Shown here piece after piece: positions 63,887 through 64,000 of a stretch of 64,000 nt of DNA. The stretch spans positions 62 through 64,061 of the IMG/VR virus record IMGVR_UViG_3300032093_000121; one strand, given 5' to 3'. How positions within the stretch are numbered: the stretch's first letter is position 1; the number at the start of each line of letters is the position of its first letter. Source of the DNA: a virus. Taxonomy: Duplodnaviria > Caudoviricetes. The notes beneath the pieces were generated by a model. The model was given only the letters and a program-made list of their open reading frames with translations. It did not search any database and was not told the origin of the DNA. The position numbers and the translations under genes were made by a program.

Positions 63887-64000
63887 CGATCGGGTGACCG
63901 AGTCCCTCGTGTCCTGCTCAGGCGGCCTGAGTGCTGACCTCGGTGGTCTTGCCCTTGGCCTCCCATGCCTTGACCGCTGCATCATACTCAGCGTCGGTCG
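63887..64000. repeat. Terminal overlap, identical to 1-114
   Basis: Exact match by inspection. Confidence 0.95.

Overview
Apparently complete lytic siphovirus genome of about 63,886 bp, assembled as a circle (bases 1-114 repeat at 63887-64000). All recognisable genes but one are on the minus strand. The backbone resembles YuA/M6-like phages: PolA, class II RNR, RecD-like and SNF2 helicases, primase-helicase, DUF4055 portal. The tail tip is GTA-type (DUF2460, DUF2163, NlpC/P60, TIM-barrel megatron) with a DUF2793 fibre, which points to an alphaproteobacterial host (inference). The main result is a thymidine-replacement and hypermodification cluster. It has dCMP deaminase, a MazG-like pyrophosphatase, DUF3310, an HD nucleotidase, a dUMP hydroxymethylase and a 5-hmdU DNA kinase. 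The amino-acid:DNA transferase that normally follows the kinase was not recognised; a GalE-like epimerase and a T-even/TAGT-type DNA glycosyltransferase sit there instead. This predicts a sugar-modified, probably galacto-configured, hydroxymethyluracil resembling base J. Other notable items: dispersed TC/GA-free islands bounded by phased TCWGAG boxes, two paralogous Ala/Lys-tailed candidate DNA-binding proteins, nine promoters sharing an operator-like motif, an ARC/Mpa-like AAA+ unfoldase, a circularly permuted GHKL ATPase, and a candidate structured RNA leader. All family calls come from motif recognition by eye, not database searches.
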